This document shows positions 47,232 through 57,107 of a DNA stretch of 64,000 nucleotides, one piece after another (position 1 is the first letter of the stretch; the number at the start of each line of letters is the position of its first letter). The notes under the pieces are model-generated. The model searched no databases, was not told the origin of the DNA, and worked only from the letters and a program-made list of their open reading frames with translations. Position numbers and translations under genes: made by a program. Source of the stretch: a virus (lineage: Duplodnaviria; Caudoviricetes); IMG/VR virus record IMGVR_UViG_2775506835_000006, positions 17,517-81,516 of that record, one strand, 5' to 3'.

Positions 47232-47825
47232 ATGCGTGATACGTACATGGAACCCAATATCCAACTGTTTGCCGAGAAGCCGGAGGACGGCGAAGAGACA
47301 AAGCCTGCGGGTACGCAGGAAGACGAAACCGAAGAAACGGAAACCGGCTTACCCAAATCGCAGGAGGAACTTGACCAGCTGATCAACGAGCGCCTTCGCC
47401 GCGCGAAAAAAGATTGGGCGAAGAAAATCCAATCCAAGGCACCGGAAGGTGAACCGAAAGTGCAACAGACATCTCAGGCGACCGATGCGCCGCCAGTTAA
47501 TCTGGAAACTGACGCTATGCGCATGGAGCTGCTGCAGAGCCGCGCGGAACTGGCCGCCTACCGGGCGAACGTGAAGTCAGAAGCAGTGGAGGACGCGGTT
47601 GTGCTGGCCATGCGTCAGGTGGAAAAGGATGGCGATGATCTGGACGACGAAACCATAGCCGAGGCATTGAAAAACATCCTCAAAAGGCACCCGGAGTGGA
47701 AAAAAGAGGATGAGAAAAAACAGGGCAGCGGATTTAAAGTTGGTGCCGGGAAAAAAGATTCCCTGGGCGCGGACGATGATACGCTGTCCTCCATCTTTGG
47801 TAATGTAAAGAAACTGAAAGGATGA
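47232..47825 (+). CDS. Scaffold protein
   Basis: 'NIQLFAE' N-terminal motif, acidic coiled coil, before major capsid. Confidence 0.8.
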   Translation: MRDTYMEPNIQLFAEKPEDGEETKPAGTQEDETEETETGLPKSQEELDQLINERLRRAKKDWAKKIQSKAPEGEPKVQQTSQATDAPPVNLETDAMRMELLQSRAELAAYRANVKSEAVEDAVVLAMRQVEKDGDDLDDETIAEALKNILKRHPEWKKEDEKKQGSGFKVGAGKKDSLGADDDTLSSIFGNVKKLKG

Positions 47826-47831
47826 TTTTAA

Positions 47832-48725
47832 ATGGCAGTATATGATTATGCGGAACTGTTCACCCGTCAGCTTGCGCAGAAATACGAAAGGGAACTGTGC
47901 TCCGACGCACTTACCAAAAGCAACTTAGGGGTGCAGTTTATCAACGCACAGACAATCAAACTTCCGCGTATGACCCTGAGCGGATACAAGGACCACACCC
48001 GCACGCCGGGCTTCAACGCCGGCACACTGTCCAACGACTGGGAACCGAAAAAGCTGGAGCATGACCGCGACGTGGAATTCTTCATCGATCCGATGGACAT
48101 CGACGAAACCAATCTGGTCACGTCCGTAGCGAATATCCAGAACACCTTTGAGGAGGAACAGGCGATCCCGGAAAAGGATTCTTATCGCTTCTCCAAACTG
48201 CATGCAGAGCTGTTGCAATACAGCGTGACGCCGGATTCCACGGCGATCACCGCGCAGAATATTTTGGAGATGTTCGACGAGTATATGGCCAAAATGGACG
48301 AGGCCGGCGTCCCGGAAGAAGGCCGTATCATCTACGCAACGCCCGCGGTGAGGAAGGTTATCAAAGAGGCAGAGGGTGTACAGCGCATGATGGGTGTCAC
48401 GTCCGTCGGCGGCATCAACCGCCAGGTGCACAGCCTGGATGATGTTCAGATCAAGATGGTTCCGGCCGCCCGCATGAAGACGAAGTATGACTTTACCGCT
48501 GGGTGCGTTCCGGCTTCTGATGCAAAGCAGATTAATTTCATTCTCCTGCATCCGTCTGCGGTCATTTGTCGGGATAAGTACAGCTATATCAAGCTGTTCA
48601 CGCCGGGCACCGACAGCCGCACCGCCGACGGATACCTGTACCAGAACCGTAATTACGGAGACTTGTTCCTGATTGAGCGGAAGGTTGCGGGTGTTGTAAT
48701 GAATGCGAAAGCTGCGGGCGCATAA
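47832..48725 (+). CDS. Major capsid protein
   Basis: 'HDRDVEFFIDPMDIDETN', 'IPEKDSYRFSKL', 'YQNRNYGDLF'. Confidence 0.9.
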   Translation: MAVYDYAELFTRQLAQKYERELCSDALTKSNLGVQFINAQTIKLPRMTLSGYKDHTRTPGFNAGTLSNDWEPKKLEHDRDVEFFIDPMDIDETNLVTSVANIQNTFEEEQAIPEKDSYRFSKLHAELLQYSVTPDSTAITAQNILEMFDEYMAKMDEAGVPEEGRIIYATPAVRKVIKEAEGVQRMMGVTSVGGINRQVHSLDDVQIKMVPAARMKTKYDFTAGCVPASDAKQINFILLHPSAVICRDKYSYIKLFTPGTDSRTADGYLYQNRNYGDLFLIERKVAGVVMNAKAAGA

Positions 48726-48739
48726 CAGGAGGGATTGAC

Positions 48740-48973
48740 ATGAAAGCAGTAAAAGCGAATAAGGAATACACGATCGACGAAGCACGGAAGGCACAGTATA
48801 TCAAGGACGGCTTCGATATCATCGGTGATGACGGAAAAGTGGTACAGCAGGGGGCGGGTAAAACCGTCCCCTTTGCAAAATATCAGGCGGCGCTCGATGA
48901 GAACACAGCACTGAAGCAGCAGGTGGAAGACCTGCGGACGATGCTTGCTGAAAAAGAGACGCCTAAAAAGTAA
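48740..48973 (+). CDS. Hypothetical head-associated protein
   Basis: GGAGG RBS; 'KANKEYTI...YIKDGFDI'. Confidence 0.65.
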   Translation: MKAVKANKEYTIDEARKAQYIKDGFDIIGDDGKVVQQGAGKTVPFAKYQAALDENTALKQQVEDLRTMLAEKETPKK

Positions 48974-48984
48974 GCGGTGGTGAA

Positions 48985-49359
48985 ATGATGCGGTATATCT
49001 CGCTGGAAGACTATTGGAGACTGTACCCTGAAGGACAAGCCTCCGTAGAGGAAATGGAACAAGCTGAGGATGACATTGACGCGCTGACGCTTAACCGCAT
49101 CGTCGCTCGTGGTATCGAGGCTTTGCCGGAGTTTCAGCGCCGGCTGGTGGTTCGGGCGGTGTGCCGGCAGGCAGAATTCCTGCACGACTACGGGGAGGTT
49201 TTAAGCAATCCGTTATCGTCCTACGGTATCAACGGCGTGTCCATGTCCTGGGACAAGAAAACGTTGGTACCGCGGGGACCGGTGCGGACCACAAACGCCG
49301 TATACGCCCTCCTGCAGCAGTCCGGACTTACCTATTGTGGATTGGACGGGAGGGGATAG
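48985..49359 (+). CDS. Head-tail adaptor
   Basis: 'IDALTLNRI', 'AVCRQAEF', 'SGLTY'. Confidence 0.7.
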   Translation: MMRYISLEDYWRLYPEGQASVEEMEQAEDDIDALTLNRIVARGIEALPEFQRRLVVRAVCRQAEFLHDYGEVLSNPLSSYGINGVSMSWDKKTLVPRGPVRTTNAVYALLQQSGLTYCGLDGRG

Positions 49360-49362
49360 CAT

Positions 49363-49710
49363 ATGGCAAAATGGCCTAAGCTTGTTCCTCCCGCCGCTTG
49401 CAACACGCCGATCACCGTGCGGCTGCAGGAAGGCGTGGAGGACGACGGCAGCCCAAAATATACCGTGGTGTGGGAAGGCAAGTGCAATTACTCCGAAAAA
49501 TCCCGGCAGGTGCTGGATGAAAAGCGGCAGCTAGTGGAGCTGCAGGCCCGCACGTTGATCGATGGGGACATTGCCCCGGGGCAGGATATCGCAGGCGAAG
49601 CGGAGATCACGTCCGTAGGATCTCCTGGGGTTATACGGCGTATTTATAGCGCATCCCGTGCGCGGTATCCCGACGGGACAGTGAATTTTACACAGCTGGA
49701 GTTGATGTGA
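49363..49710 (+). CDS. Head closure protein
   Basis: 'RYPDGTVNFTQLEL'; synteny. Confidence 0.6.
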   Translation: MAKWPKLVPPAACNTPITVRLQEGVEDDGSPKYTVVWEGKCNYSEKSRQVLDEKRQLVELQARTLIDGDIAPGQDIAGEAEITSVGSPGVIRRIYSASRARYPDGTVNFTQLELM

Positions 49711-49711
49711 T

Positions 49712-50089
49712 ATGCCCGGCATCCAAATTGTGTTGGATCAGGTTGCAATTGCCCGTCTGGGAGAGGCTGCGGAACGTGCGGCGAGGATGGCGATAGACGC
49801 CCTGAAGACAGACGTTGTATCCGCGCAGGTGATGCCCTATGATATGGGCGACATGCAGGACACCCAGACATTCGTGGACGTTATACGCGAAGGGGACCGG
49901 ATTCTGGCCACGCTGACCACCGGTGCCCCGCAGGCCCGCCGGCTTTACTATCACCCGGAGTACAATTTCCAGAAGGGCAACAATCCAAACGCCGGTGGGT
50001 TGTGGTTGCAGCCCTGGTTGAATGGAGAGAAGAAGAGTTTCGTTCAAGATGCGTTCGCAGAGTTCTACCGGAAGGAGGCGGGATTGTGA
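49712..50089 (+). CDS. Neck / tail completion protein
   Basis: 'PQARRLYYHPEYNF...NPNAGGLW'. Confidence 0.65.
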   Translation: MPGIQIVLDQVAIARLGEAAERAARMAIDALKTDVVSAQVMPYDMGDMQDTQTFVDVIREGDRILATLTTGAPQARRLYYHPEYNFQKGNNPNAGGLWLQPWLNGEKKSFVQDAFAEFYRKEAGL

Positions 50090-50496
50090 TGCTGATGCTG
50101 AAGCAGGTGGCAGAATGGATCAAAGAAATTGATACAGAACTGCCCGGTTGCATTGCCGTCGGGACAATTGACGGAAACAAAGAAAAATATATCGGCGTCT
50201 ACAACGACCCGAACGCCTCCGGAAAGCAGCGCGTCTGCCTCGGGGGCATAGCGCAGACAACGTACCGGGAAAAGCGCGTCACGCTGCTGGTGCATTGGAC
50301 AAACTCGGCGGTACAGGCGGAAAAAAAGGCCGCGGAGCTATATGAAAAGCTCTGCGGCCGATCCGGATTTCAAATCGGTGAAGTGAAAATTGTGTACTTG
50401 GATCCCGGTGCGGCGCCTGTCTCTGTGGGACGAGATGTGCGGGGTATATACGAGTACGTTATAAACATGAAGATCATTTATGAAAGGATGGGATGA
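50086..50496 (+). CDS. Tail terminator protein
   Basis: AAGGAGG RBS; 'GRDVRGIYEYVIN'. Confidence 0.6.
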   Translation: MMLMLKQVAEWIKEIDTELPGCIAVGTIDGNKEKYIGVYNDPNASGKQRVCLGGIAQTTYREKRVTLLVHWTNSAVQAEKKAAELYEKLCGRSGFQIGEVKIVYLDPGAAPVSVGRDVRGIYEYVINMKIIYERMG

Positions 50497-50497
50497 C

Positions 50498-50944
50498 ATG
50501 GCTAAGACAGGTGTATTCCCGGTTTTTGACAACAAATTTAAAATTGGGACTAGTGGCAGATCGAGCGCGGACTCCGACATGGTGACCATCAAGGAGATGG
50601 AAACATTCTCAGTGAAGATCGACGGCAAAGTGCAGGAGTGGAGCCCGATGGAGGAACAGGGGTGGACCAAGCGCATGACCACCGGTAAGGCAATTACGTT
50701 GTCTCTTTCTGGCAAACTGTGCCCCGGTGATCCCGGGAACGATTATGTAGCCGCGGCTGCGTGGAAAAGCGGTACGGACTGCGACACCAAGTTTGAATGG
50801 GAATTCCCCAGTGGCGCGAAGCTGGCGTTTGACGCGGTATTGAACGTGACGGATATCGGTGGTGGTGACAGCACCGCTGTGGCGGCCTTGGCATTTGACT
50901 GCATGTCACACGGCAAGCCGGTGTATACGCCTGCGCCGGAATGA
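50498..50944 (+). CDS. Major tail tube protein (siphovirus)
   Basis: 'EWSPMEEQGW...GDPGNDY...SHGKP'. Confidence 0.8.
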   Translation: MAKTGVFPVFDNKFKIGTSGRSSADSDMVTIKEMETFSVKIDGKVQEWSPMEEQGWTKRMTTGKAITLSLSGKLCPGDPGNDYVAAAAWKSGTDCDTKFEWEFPSGAKLAFDAVLNVTDIGGGDSTAVAALAFDCMSHGKPVYTPAPE

Positions 50945-50952
50945 GCATAAAA

Positions 50953-50985
50953 ATAACCGCGCCCCCAAAAAAGGGACGCGGTTAT
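50953..50985. terminator. Bidirectional terminator
   Basis: ATAACCGCG...CGCGGTTAT between convergent genes. Confidence 0.6.
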
Positions 50986-50992
50986 AATTCAT

Positions 50993-51541
50993 TTATTTTT
51001 TTAGGAAACAACCAGCGGAATCGGTAAAACTTCCGCAAAGAATTGTAATTAAATCTATAATCCAGCCAAACCAAAAAAGCCCGCCGGTAAAAAGCCAAAT
51101 AATCCCTGTTCCTACTTTACCTACATAGAATCTATGAAAACCAAAGAATCCTAAAAATAAGCATAAAAAGAATGCCAGCCATTTGCTTTTAATACTAATT
51201 CCACCTCTGCCAGTACCGGTATTGGCCATATTCGTATTGGTGTTCGTATTATTAATAATTATTGTTGGCTGTTGTGGCATCTGGGTGGTATATGGATTTG
51301 CTGAGAACTGCGTCGGGCTCTGATGCGATTGCACGGGATTCTGGTAGGAGGGCTGCATTGGGGTGGGGTACGAAGGGGCGGGCGAGTTTGGCAATATATC
51401 GGGTTTCTGAGGTTGATATGTCGGTTGCTGGTTTATGGGTTGGGCACTGGCTGGTTCAGCTGCTTTTTGCTCTATATCAGCTCCACAAAATGGACAGAAT
51501 TTGAAACCGCCGACATTTTCGCCGCACTTGGGACATTTCAT
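50993..51541 (-). CDS. Zinc-ribbon plus TM2 domain membrane protein (moron)
   Basis: 'CPKCG...FCPFCG', Pro/Gln linker, '[25 protein letters not shown]'. Confidence 0.85.
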   Translation of the reverse strand: MKCPKCGENVGGFKFCPFCGADIEQKAAEPASAQPINQQPTYQPQKPDILPNSPAPSYPTPMQPSYQNPVQSHQSPTQFSANPYTTQMPQQPTIIINNTNTNTNMANTGTGRGGISIKSKWLAFFLCLFLGFFGFHRFYVGKVGTGIIWLFTGGLFWFGWIIDLITILCGSFTDSAGCFLKK

Positions 51542-51721
51542 AAATTCTACCTCCCAAAAGTTCATTATTTGTTCATATTATAAGGTATAACGACAATTTC
51601 TGCAATAGAAAAGAAAAATTATCTTGTTTCGTATTTGAGTTTGAATAGGCAGGAAAACCGCACTTTGTTTTGAGTGCGGTTTTCTTATACCTGAATTTTT
51701 TATCTAATGGAGGAATTTTAG

Positions 51722-52054
51722 ATGAAGCTTTACACACTTGATGAAAAACTTCTCACCGAACGCCCGGAAATCCGGATTGGAGATAAGGTGTATCCGGTGG
51801 ATGACAGGCAGAAAACCGTAGAACAGGTTACTAATCTGACGACGAAATACAGCGAGGAAAAAGATTTGAACAAAGGTATAAAAGAGACGTTCAAACTGGC
51901 CTTTGGCGACGCTGCCGCGAAAGAAATTGACGAAATGAACCTGCCGTTTGTCGCATATCAGCAGGTGTTCCAGCTTGTTATGGCGGCGATCATGGGAGAA
52001 ACACCGGAAGCTGTGGCTAAACGATTTCAGGAAGCCACAAAAGCCGAAAAGTGA
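51722..52054 (+). CDS. Tail assembly chaperone
   Basis: GGAGG RBS; between tube and tape measure. Confidence 0.75.
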   Translation: MKLYTLDEKLLTERPEIRIGDKVYPVDDRQKTVEQVTNLTTKYSEEKDLNKGIKETFKLAFGDAAAKEIDEMNLPFVAYQQVFQLVMAAIMGETPEAVAKRFQEATKAEK

Positions 52055-52391
52055 TGCCTGGTATGATCTCGAATACGACCGCATCCTGATCGAGCAGTCC
52101 ATTGCCAAGCAGTACGGTGTATTGCCGTCCGATCAGCCAGACCTGCATTACGCGGACTGGGCAAAGCTGGTTTCCGGATTGATGGACGATACGCCGCTGG
52201 GCCGGGTAGTGGCCGTGCGGTCGGAGGACGACCCGGATATGCTGAAAGCTTTTACACCGGAACAAAACCGCCTGCGCACGGAGTGGAAACAGTTCTGCGG
52301 ACAAAAGGTCCTACGGGAATCAGATGAAGAAAGTGTGCGGTTGCAGATGAAAAACCTTGAAAGAATGATTGCGTCGATGTTTGGGGGGTGA
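52025..52391 (+). CDS. Gp15-like tail chaperone extension, probably expressed by +1 frameshift
   Basis: 'WYDLEYD..LIEQS..KQYG...TPLG.VV.VRSE.D'; no own RBS or start. Confidence 0.65.
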
Positions 52392-52395
52392 ACTT

Positions 52396-55063
52396 ATGCC
52401 GGAAGCAACAGGAACTACAGTAGGTACAATATTTCTTGACCTGCAAATTCTGAACAACGTCAACAAGCAGCTATCTGATATTGCGTCCCGCGCACAGGCA
52501 AGTGTTGGACAGGCAATAAAGCGGACCGGAGAAACGGTGCAAGAAGCTTTCACACAGCCTATGGAGCGGGCAATGGAGGCGGTCAACGCGCCGCTTAAAC
52601 AGACGCGCGATCAGGTGGAGCAAACCGACAGGGAGATTGCGGAGATTGCTGCACGCGCCGCGAGGCGTGTAAACTCCATTAATCCTGAAGCGGCGCTGCC
52701 GACTTCGGCCCCGCGAATACTATCGGCTATGGCCTCGCAAATTCAGCGGGGCAGCGGTGATACCAGCACCCCTTCTGCGTTGCCAGACGTTGCCGATACC
52801 TTCCGTCCTTCCATCAACGCAGCGGAGCTGTTGCGGCAAAAAATTCAGAATATCAACCTGCAGATGGATGCGGAGTATAGAAAGCTAGGGCAACTGAATT
52901 CTGAGTTTGAGAAACTGTCCTTCGGAACAAAAGCATGGGATGACATGTCAGCGAAAATTACAACGTCGGAATCGCGCCTGATCTCCATGCAAGGGACACT
53001 TAATGCAGCTCAGGACAAAATGGAAGCAATGGTTCAAAAAGCGATGGAAAGCCAGGAGGAATCGGACGGGTTAAGCTCCAGAATTTCCGACTCGATACAG
53101 GAGCAGCAGGACCGGGCAGCAGAAGCTATGGAAAATGCGGCCGAACGCGCGAGAAACGCAACACAGGCGACGGCGCGCATGCAGGCAAACGCATTTTTAT
53201 CAGCTGCGAGCAGCCAGGCGACAGGGATTGCGCGTATCGGTGCGATTGGAAGAACCGCGCTTGCCAGTTTGCGAGGATTGGCGACGGCTTTGCCGATGGC
53301 GGCGGCGTTGGGAGCGCTGAAAGTCCTGCAAAAAGGGTTTGAACTCGCCAGCGAACATTCCAAAGAATTGAAGTCTAATCTGAACGCTTTACAAGCAAAT
53401 TTGCAAGTGGCCTTCACGCCGATCTATCAGGCGATATTGCCCGCGCTAAACTCGCTTGTGAGTGCGCTCTCCAGGGCTCCCGAGGCTATGGCATCCCTTC
53501 ATCGCCGGTATATTTGGCACAACCTACAAAAAGGCTCTGGACGCCACGAAGGACATGAAGAAGGAAACTGGTTCTGGATCAGGAGGCGGCAGCGCAAAAC
53601 AAGGGACGCTTACAAGTTTTAACCAAATTCATACCTTGCAGAAAGAATCGTCCAGCGGGGGGAGCGCAGCGACTGGTGGAGTTGATTTCGGCAAATTGGA
53701 ATCAGAAGGTAACGCGGCCGCTGAAGGGCTCGGCGCAAAATTTCGGGAATTTGGACAACTGGTGAAAGAAAATATCCCAACAGAAGCTATAGAGAGTTTG
53801 GCCAAGGCGTTTGAAAAATTGAAAAAGGCCTGGGACGAGCTTACGGAGGGATTTGATGTTCCCGAATTTGTTGCTCGACTAATCGCACTAGTGCCTACAA
53901 ATGTGATTAATGCCATTACAGATTTACTCTTGCTTTTATCGGGGTTATTGGAAATTATGAACGGCTTGAAAAATGCGGATTTTGGAGAAGTTCTTGAGGG
54001 TTTAAAAGATGCGCTCTTGGGACTTCTGTCTTTACCAATAGATGCCCTAACAGCTTTAATAGATGCTTGGTTTGGAACAAATCTAAGTGAAGAATGGCAG
54101 AAGCTAAAACAAGCCATTATGGATTTTGATCTCGCCGAATGGTGGAATGAAAATGTTAAACCTTGGTTTACGTTAGAGCGTTGGCAGCAACTTGGTGAAG
54201 ATATGAAAAAAGGAATATCCGAAAAATGGAATGAATTTATAACATGGTGGCAGACTACAGGGATTTTTAAATGGTGGCAGGAAAATGTTGCTCCGTGGTT
54301 TACAAAAGAAAAGTGGCAAAAGCTAGGAGAAGACATGAAAAGGGGCCTGTCCGATAAGTGGAACGAATTTACGACTTGGTGGGGAAATACCGGTGTGGTG
54401 AAATGGTGGAATCAAAATGTCGCTCCATGGTTTACGAAGGAGAAATGGCAGCAATTGGGGAAAGATGCAATTGGAGGCCTGAAAGGAAAATATGAGGACT
54501 TCCAGAGATCATTTGATCCTATCAAACAGTGGTGGAGTACCAATATTGCCCCTTGGTTTACAGCTGAAAAATGGCGATCAGTTGGGCAGCAGGCTATCGA
54601 TGCCCTCACCTCACCGTTTCGGAACATCAAATGGCCCACGCTCAAAATGCCCAAAATCACATGGACCAAAGGCGCTGAAGCCACCGGGTGGATTGCGAAC
54701 ATCTTAAAGGCCATAAACCTTCCCACGTCCTTACCTAAATTGCAGGTTCAGTGGCTTGCACGCGGAGGTATCATCGATCAGCCCACCCTGTCTATGATCG
54801 GTGAACGCGGTAAGGAAGCGGTCGTGCCGCTCGAAAACAATACCGGCTGGATTGCACAGCTCGCACAGCAGGTTGCCGCATACATCGGTACCGGTCAGCC
54901 GCTTACAGAAGACTCGTTGTACCGTGTCGGAAGGCGTCTGATTTCAGAATTGCCGGCGCAGAGCGCGACCTTTGTCGCCACCATGAACAATCGCATCATT
55001 GCCCAAGAGGTCATAAAAGAAATGAAGCGTCAGAACATGCGGTATAGTCCAGTGGGAGGATAA
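52396..55063 (+). pseudogene. Tape measure protein split by an apparent 1-nt insertion near 53495
   Basis: Two overlapping ORFs; Trp-rich repeats 'WW.ENV.PWFT.EKW'; C-terminal 'LARGGII..PT..IGE.GKEAVVPLE'. Confidence 0.75.
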
Positions 55064-55064
55064 G

Positions 55065-55421
55065 ATGACACTGCTTAAAATAAACGGCGTGGAGGTGGAA
55101 GGGCTTGTCAGCGTTGAATTCGGGCTGCAAGACCTTTCCAGCGAGAATTCCAAACGTGATTTGTCAGGAATCATGCACAAGGATGTGGTGGCGCAGAAAC
55201 GCACGCTGAATTGTAAATGCGGTGTGCTAACACTTGCGCAGGGCTCCAAATTGCTGAAGCTTTTAAACGGTGTCACGTTCAACGTCACCTATCCTGATCT
55301 TCTGGATGGTAAGCCGGAAATACGAAAATTTTATGTAGGAGACCGTACCGCCCCGTATTTTACGACTGAGGACGATACGGTCTTTGTCAATGATTTGGCC
55401 TTCAGCCTAATCGAGGTGTGA
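55065..55421 (+). CDS. Distal tail protein-like
   Basis: 'FNVTYPD...FYVGDRTAP...SLIEV'; follows tape measure. Confidence 0.65.
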   Translation: MTLLKINGVEVEGLVSVEFGLQDLSSENSKRDLSGIMHKDVVAQKRTLNCKCGVLTLAQGSKLLKLLNGVTFNVTYPDLLDGKPEIRKFYVGDRTAPYFTTEDDTVFVNDLAFSLIEV

Positions 55422-55423
55422 TT

Positions 55424-57091
55424 ATGCATCAAACGACAGAGTTATACAAACAACTGATTCGACGGACCGCCCGGCGGCAGATCGTGGGCGGGACCATAAC
55501 GTTGTCCAGCGGGGAAACGATCGATCTCACCCCGCGAAATGTCGCAGAGGGCGGCCTGGAAATCTCCTGCGCCACCAGCCAGCAGGGCGCGTTTACGATT
55601 GGCGCGGCAGTGATCGGGGAACTCACCCTCACCCTCATTAACCATGAAAAGCAATTCGAGGCATCAGATTTCACAGGAGCCGTCATCCGATCTTCCATAG
55701 GCCTCCTGACGCAGCAAAAGTGGGACGGCACGAAAACGGTGGAGTGGGTGCCGTTGGGCGTCTACACGGTCGACGAGGCCGTGAAAACCAACGCCACAGT
55801 GACCATCACCGCGCTGGACAACATGGCCCGGTTCGAGCGACCGTACAGCGACAGCAAGCTTACCTATCCGGCCACACTGAAGCAGATTGTAACCGACGCC
55901 TGTACCGTCTGCGGCGTAACGCTGGCGGCGCCGGACTTCCCGGGCTCCGGCTACACGGTGTCCAGGCGGCCGGAGGAGAAGTCCATCACCTGCCGGGAGA
56001 TACTCAGCTATGCCGCGCAGCTCGCGGGCTGCTATGCCCGCTGCAACCGCGAGGGGGCGCTGATGGTTGGGTGGTACGACATTGCGGCAGCGCCGTATGA
56101 ACCGGTCGGCATCCAGTCCTCTGATGTGGCTGCGGCAGACATTGCTGTCACTGGGGTGCAGATCATCCCGCAGGACACGGAAGCCGCCCCTGTCAATTCC
56201 GGCGGTGAGGGTTATGTGGTCAAGATAGAAAATAACCCGCTTGCACAGAATAATTTGCAGGTGTTGGCGGACGATCTTGGCGCGCGTCTCGTCGGCTTCA
56301 CCTTCCGGCCATATACCGTGCAATGCCTGTCCAATCCGTCCCTTGACGTGGGCGACACTGTGCGTGTGACGGACCGGCACGGTACCGTACATACAAGTTT
56401 TGTGAGCAATATCAGCTATGCACCGGATGGTTCCATGACCCTGACAGCGGACGCGGAGAGCAAGCTGAGCAATGCTTCCACGCGCTTCACCGCTGCGGAG
56501 AAGTTGCAGGAGCAGGTCAATAAGGTGGAAGATGCGGTCACAGAGCAGGGCACGGAGATCAGCCAGACTAAACAGGAAATAGAATTGAAAGCGTACAAAG
56601 ATGAACTGATTTCCCTCATCAATATCAGCCCGGAAACCATTAAGATCAAAGCGAACCGCATCGAGATATCGGGTGTCATCACTGCGGAGGATTTGGAGGG
56701 CGAAGGGACTACCACCATTAACGGCGCCAATATCAAGACAGGGCGAATTGAATCGGTAGACGGAGATTGGTGGCTGGATTTGGAATCTGGGGTAGTATAT
56801 CTGTCGAAAGGGACTTTCGCTGGCCGCATCGAGTGGGGAGATAATAGCTACATCGATGTGAATAGCAAAGGCCAAACAGTTTTGAAATCAAATAAAGGAG
56901 TATCGGTAGTAGCACCTGTCCTTGATGTAGATGGTGATGTTGAATGCACTGATATTATTTGCCGCAAAATTGAGTTTGGTGGCACAAGTCCTACTAGGGA
57001 CGGATATGACGGGGAGGTGGGTATAACACGTAGCGACAGAAGCAAAAGAGTAATGCTATTTGAAAACGGAATTTTTGTTGGTTATGTGTAA
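55424..57091 (+). CDS. Tail hub / minor structural protein
   Basis: 'FTIGAA..EL', 'VPLGVYTVD', 'NPSLDVGD'. Confidence 0.7.
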   Translation: MHQTTELYKQLIRRTARRQIVGGTITLSSGETIDLTPRNVAEGGLEISCATSQQGAFTIGAAVIGELTLTLINHEKQFEASDFTGAVIRSSIGLLTQQKWDGTKTVEWVPLGVYTVDEAVKTNATVTITALDNMARFERPYSDSKLTYPATLKQIVTDACTVCGVTLAAPDFPGSGYTVSRRPEEKSITCREILSYAAQLAGCYARCNREGALMVGWYDIAAAPYEPVGIQSSDVAAADIAVTGVQIIPQDTEAAPVNSGGEGYVVKIENNPLAQNNLQVLADDLGARLVGFTFRPYTVQCLSNPSLDVGDTVRVTDRHGTVHTSFVSNISYAPDGSMTLTADAESKLSNASTRFTAAEKLQEQVNKVEDAVTEQGTEISQTKQEIELKAYKDELISLINISPETIKIKANRIEISGVITAEDLEGEGTTTINGANIKTGRIESVDGDWWLDLESGVVYLSKGTFAGRIEWGDNSYIDVNSKGQTVLKSNKGVSVVAPVLDVDGDVECTDIICRKIEFGGTSPTRDGYDGEVGITRSDRSKRVMLFENGIFVGYV

Positions 57092-57107
57092 AAAGAGGTG
57101 ACAGCAA

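Noticed and set aside
54120-54600. Periodic nucleotide repeats as a possible second array
   Set aside because: They are the in-frame Trp-rich repeats of the tape measure protein, with no unique spacers
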